Source of the DNA: Nitrospinota bacterium | GTDB lineage: Bacteria > UBA8248 | Assembly: GCA_046581755.1 (NCBI GenBank) | Contig: JAYGFR010000248.1 | Span: forward strand, 1-10,683 | Direction of reading: 5' to 3' | DNA: 10,683 bases | The notes under the pieces: model-generated | What the model was told of the DNA's origin: nothing | Databases searched by the model: none | What the model saw: the letters and a program-made list of their open reading frames with translations, nothing else | Shown: piece after piece, positions 8,177-10,683 of the stretch | Numbering within the stretch: the first letter of the stretch is position 1 | Layout: each line of letters opens with the position of its first letter | Program-made: the position numbers and the translations under genes

Positions 8177-10111
8177 TTATTTCAAAATACCCGCGTTTTT
8201 CTTATAGATCGCCCGGTAGGCTGCGATTTTCACGTCCACTTCCCGGGTCTTGCCTTTCCGGTGAAGCTCGACCGCCTCCCGGAGCAGGGATTCCATCTTG
8301 TCCAGGATGGGCATGTATTTGGATTCCTGGACATCCCATTTGTGCGCCTGGAGCTCGGTGATCACTGTCTTGAGGGTAATCGCAATAAGTTCTTTCTTTC
8401 CTTTTTCCTTAAGAAACTCATACGTCGAGAGAAAAAAGCTGAACTCCTCGAGTTCGGCGTCCAGGGTGTGCAACGTAGTCTCCATGGGCTGCACGCCGCC
8501 CGAGACCGCCTCGACGTAGGCCGTCAGGTCATCCATCTCTTTTTTCGAGAGACCGAGCTTGAACTTGCGGTTAAACCATTCGTTCACAGAGCGCAGGGTC
8601 GGCAGCCGGCCGTCATGGAAATACGGCGCCGAAAACTTGGCCGAGAGCAGGGTCGGGGTGTCGTAGATGGCGTCAAGCGAGCCCGGCGCGAATCCCTTGG
8701 CCGAGCCGATGTTGTGGGTCTTCCGGTCGAGGAATAAGTTGGAGGGAACGTGGCAGCTCGCGCAGCTCATCCCCCCCATCATCTGGGGAAACTTGCGCTT
8801 GAAGATTTTCTCCCCCCGGATGGCCTCTGCCGAGACCTTTTTCTTGTTCAGCGTCCCGCCGAGGCCGAGCTTCGGATTCGGCACGAACTCGAACTCGTTC
8901 ATGTAGGCCGCCATCCCGTCCACCAGCATGGGATCGGGCTCGGGGCCGTTGAACTCGAGGACGATGACGTTCCGGATAAATTCGCGCAGCGAGGCGGTGC
9001 GCCCGTTTCGCCCGTAGGGAGCAGTGAAGCGAATCCCCCGGGTGTCCGGAATATCGAGGTGGCCGAAGATTCCGTTGTTGGCGTGGGGCTCGAAGAAGTT
9101 GTTCGAGACGTCCATCCCGCCCTTACGGCGCGAGAGGCCGGGGATGAAGAAATTCGGATTGGTGACCCCTTTGTTGTGGCAGACGTTGCAGCTCATCCGG
9201 AGGCTGCGAGCGGGCTCGCCGAAAATTTCGGCGCTGTCGAAGGCCATGTCGCCCAGCGCGATCAGCCCGGTCTCCCCCTCGTCGGCTCCTGCCTCGACCA
9301 TCCCGAGAAGCTGGCGGGGCCGGGGAAGCTGCTTATTGATGTTCGCGCCGGGAGGAAGCCGCCAGGGGATGCGCGCCGGTTTTATGTAGGTCGGGCTCGC
9401 CGCCGGACGGGGCGCCAGCCGGCGCGCGGGGCCAGCCTCGAAGCGCGCCAAATATTTCGAAAGATAGGCGGTGATAGGAACGGTCCTGGCGCGGATCCGC
9501 CTTATATTCATCGGACGCGCGCCCACACCCATCACACCGGGGGTGCCGATGTTCGAGAACGCATCGAGCCATGCGACTTGCATCCCCTTCCACCCCTCGG
9601 GGTCGAGATAAGGAAGGGTGTCGGCGAAGGCCCGGGTAACTTGCCGCCCCGCGCGGAGGTGAGCCTTGACGGTTTTCCGGCTCCCGGAGGAGCCCGCCTT
9701 TTGGACATGGGCGATGATCAGCGAGGCGACCGCCCGGGTGGCGGCGGAGAATACGGCCCGCCGGCTTTTTTCGCGCACCTCCCGCGAACCGGGCATCGGC
9801 TCGCCTTTGGTTTCCTGGCGGACGGCGGCGATCTTGGCCCGGAATTTACTGGCCGCGCCTGCGTCCATTTCGGCGATGGATTTGGCGATGCCCTCCATGT
9901 CGCGCCAAATGAGAGGCCAGCGGACCGGATTGAGGTTGAGGACAAACGCGGCCCGGCGGTAGGACTCGGCCGCGGGATGCAACTCTTCGGGCGGAACGAT
10001 GTCAGCGCGCGCGGCCCCTGGCCCCGCGAGAAGGCCGGCCGACAGGAGCAGGGCCGCAACCGCCGCCTGGGCCCCGAATATTTTCCTCTGGCGTGCATCT
10101 GAAATTTTCAT
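8177..10111 (-). CDS. Secreted diheme c-type cytochrome of the bacterial cytochrome c peroxidase/MauG superfamily with large N- and C-terminal extensions
   Basis: Sec-type signal peptide ending AARA|D; CNVCH (9176-9190) and CASCH (8750-8764); family-like motifs IALGDMAFDS, AIRGEKIF, DTPTLL, APYFHDG and LGLSKKEMDDLTAYV. Confidence 0.85.
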   Translation of the reverse strand: MKISDARQRKIFGAQAAVAALLLSAGLLAGPGAARADIVPPEELHPAAESYRRAAFVLNLNPVRWPLIWRDMEGIAKSIAEMDAGAASKFRAKIAAVRQETKGEPMPGSREVREKSRRAVFSAATRAVASLIIAHVQKAGSSGSRKTVKAHLRAGRQVTRAFADTLPYLDPEGWKGMQVAWLDAFSNIGTPGVMGVGARPMNIRRIRARTVPITAYLSKYLARFEAGPARRLAPRPAASPTYIKPARIPWRLPPGANINKQLPRPRQLLGMVEAGADEGETGLIALGDMAFDSAEIFGEPARSLRMSCNVCHNKGVTNPNFFIPGLSRRKGGMDVSNNFFEPHANNGIFGHLDIPDTRGIRFTAPYGRNGRTASLREFIRNVIVLEFNGPEPDPMLVDGMAAYMNEFEFVPNPKLGLGGTLNKKKVSAEAIRGEKIFKRKFPQMMGGMSCASCHVPSNLFLDRKTHNIGSAKGFAPGSLDAIYDTPTLLSAKFSAPYFHDGRLPTLRSVNEWFNRKFKLGLSKKEMDDLTAYVEAVSGGVQPMETTLHTLDAELEEFSFFLSTYEFLKEKGKKELIAITLKTVITELQAHKWDVQESKYMPILDKMESLLREAVELHRKGKTREVDVKIAAYRAIYKKNAGILK

Positions 10112-10141
10112 GGAAACGCGCTCCGCTATTCGTGTCGAGAC

Positions 10142-10369
10142 GATTCGATTTTTTGGTTCGACCGCCGGTTCGATTTTCCGAATCCATTTTTCAGTTCAAC
10201 CCGACGATTCGATTTTTCGGTTCAATTTTCCGAATCAAACTTTGGATCCGATATTCCGAATCAAGCTCCCGGTTCGAGATGCCGATTCGATTTTCCGGTT
10301 CGATCCGACGATTCGACGATTCGATTTTCCGAATCCATTTCCCGGTTTGAGATGCCGATTCAATCCGCC
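10142..10369. repeat. Degenerate tandem array of 18 units, 13-bp period, consensus about GRWTCRA-TTTTCC
   Basis: Unit starts: 10142, 10155, 10167, 10180, 10193, 10206, 10219, 10232, 10245, 10258, 10271, 10284, 10297, 10310, 10318, 10331, 10344, 10357. Sixteen units are 13 bp, one is 12 bp and one is 8 bp. Confidence 0.9.
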
Positions 10370-10435
10370 GCCCTGCCTCCCTCCCCCGAACGGGGCAATG
10401 GAGCGCGCCCTCGTTTATTCGGTGAGCACATCTTT

Positions 10436-10481
10436 ATTAAGCAGCAGCGCAAAAAATTTGTCAAGCAGATCACATTATAAT
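10436..10481 (-). promoter_or_regulatory. Putative operon promoter with an overlapping CRP/FNR-family-like site
   Basis: Minus-strand TTGACA (10459-10464), 17 bp, then CTTAAT (10436-10441); TGTCA-N6-TCACA at 10459-10474; palindromic ATTATAAT at 10474-10481. The region is an AT-rich island in GC-rich DNA. Confidence 0.55.
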
Positions 10482-10616
10482 TTTAGGCCTGACTAAAATA
10501 ATGCACCGGGATGGACACAACATGATAAGACATGATATATTAATCATATACGTGAATATGCGCCCTGGTGCGCACTGGGGTGTTTCGAAATATTCGCCCC
10601 TCCCCACCCCCCCCCC

Positions 10617-10655
10617 AAAAAAAAACCGGCCCCGCGCATGGGCACGGGACCGGCT
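10617..10655 (-). terminator. Rho-independent terminator of an upstream minus-strand gene
   Basis: Minus strand AGCCGGTCCCGTGC-CCAT-GCGCGGGGCCGG followed by T9: a GC-rich stem of about 13 bp including G-U pairs. Confidence 0.85.
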
Positions 10656-10683
10656 CTCTCTCATGTAGATGAAGGTCAGGAGG

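Noticed and set aside
1715..10102. Long plus-strand ORFs (1715-2554, 2824-4086, 4256-5440, 5514-6320, 6265-6951, 7474-8121, 8027-8737, 8750-10102)
   Set aside because: Antisense shadows of well-supported minus-strand genes in GC-rich DNA, with no recognisable motifs.
10070..10111. Tat signal in the diheme protein (ARQRKIF)
   Set aside because: No consecutive RR, and c-type cytochromes are normally Sec-exported before heme attachment.
10142..10369. CRISPR array
   Set aside because: Units are 13 bp and degenerate, with no 23-47 bp repeats, no unique 25-45 bp spacers and no cas genes in the window.
10142..10369. CsrB/RsmZ-type sRNA or alphaproteobacterial LexA boxes in the array
   Set aside because: Minus-strand GGA motifs are mostly YCGGA rather than ANGGA, and GTTC spacing is N8-N9 rather than the N7 of GTTC-N7-GTTC.
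9999..10496. ORFs crossing the array (9999-10496 +, 10093-10350 +, 10002-10187 -) with F/R/D/S-rich repeats
   Set aside because: The peptide periodicity comes from the 13-bp DNA repeat, the 12-bp and 8-bp units break the register, the ORFs overlap the diheme gene start, and no RBS is evident.
10470..10683. ORF 10470-10664 (-) or a defined gene end at the right edge
   Set aside because: The ORF runs through the terminator, homopolymers and promoter; fewer than 30 bp lie beyond the terminator, too little to call a CDS.

Overview
GC-rich bacterial chromosomal window. The left end (1-790, visibly lower GC) is the edge of an integrative element: the 3' part of a tyrosine integrase with a +1 frameshift at about 479, pointing at the 3' end of a minus-strand tRNA-Glu(UUC), with att-like tandem repeats between them. 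The rest is eight minus-strand genes. In transcription order: a secreted 644-aa diheme protein of the bCcP/MauG superfamily with non-canonical key residues, tightly followed by PhnD-, PhnC- and PhnE-like ABC importer genes and an AMP-forming acyl-CoA ligase; then, after a 112-bp gap, an M20D amidohydrolase, a GGCT-like hypothetical protein and an EamA/DMT transporter. Upstream of the diheme gene are an 18-unit, 13-bp-period degenerate tandem array, an AT-rich promoter region with a CRP/FNR-family-like box, and an intrinsic terminator. The best candidate for an undescribed system is the atypical diheme enzyme coupled to a PhnDCE-like importer with an altered ligand pocket, with no phosphonate or phosphite catabolic gene in the window. 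All alignments were done by eye from recalled family motifs; no searches were run.
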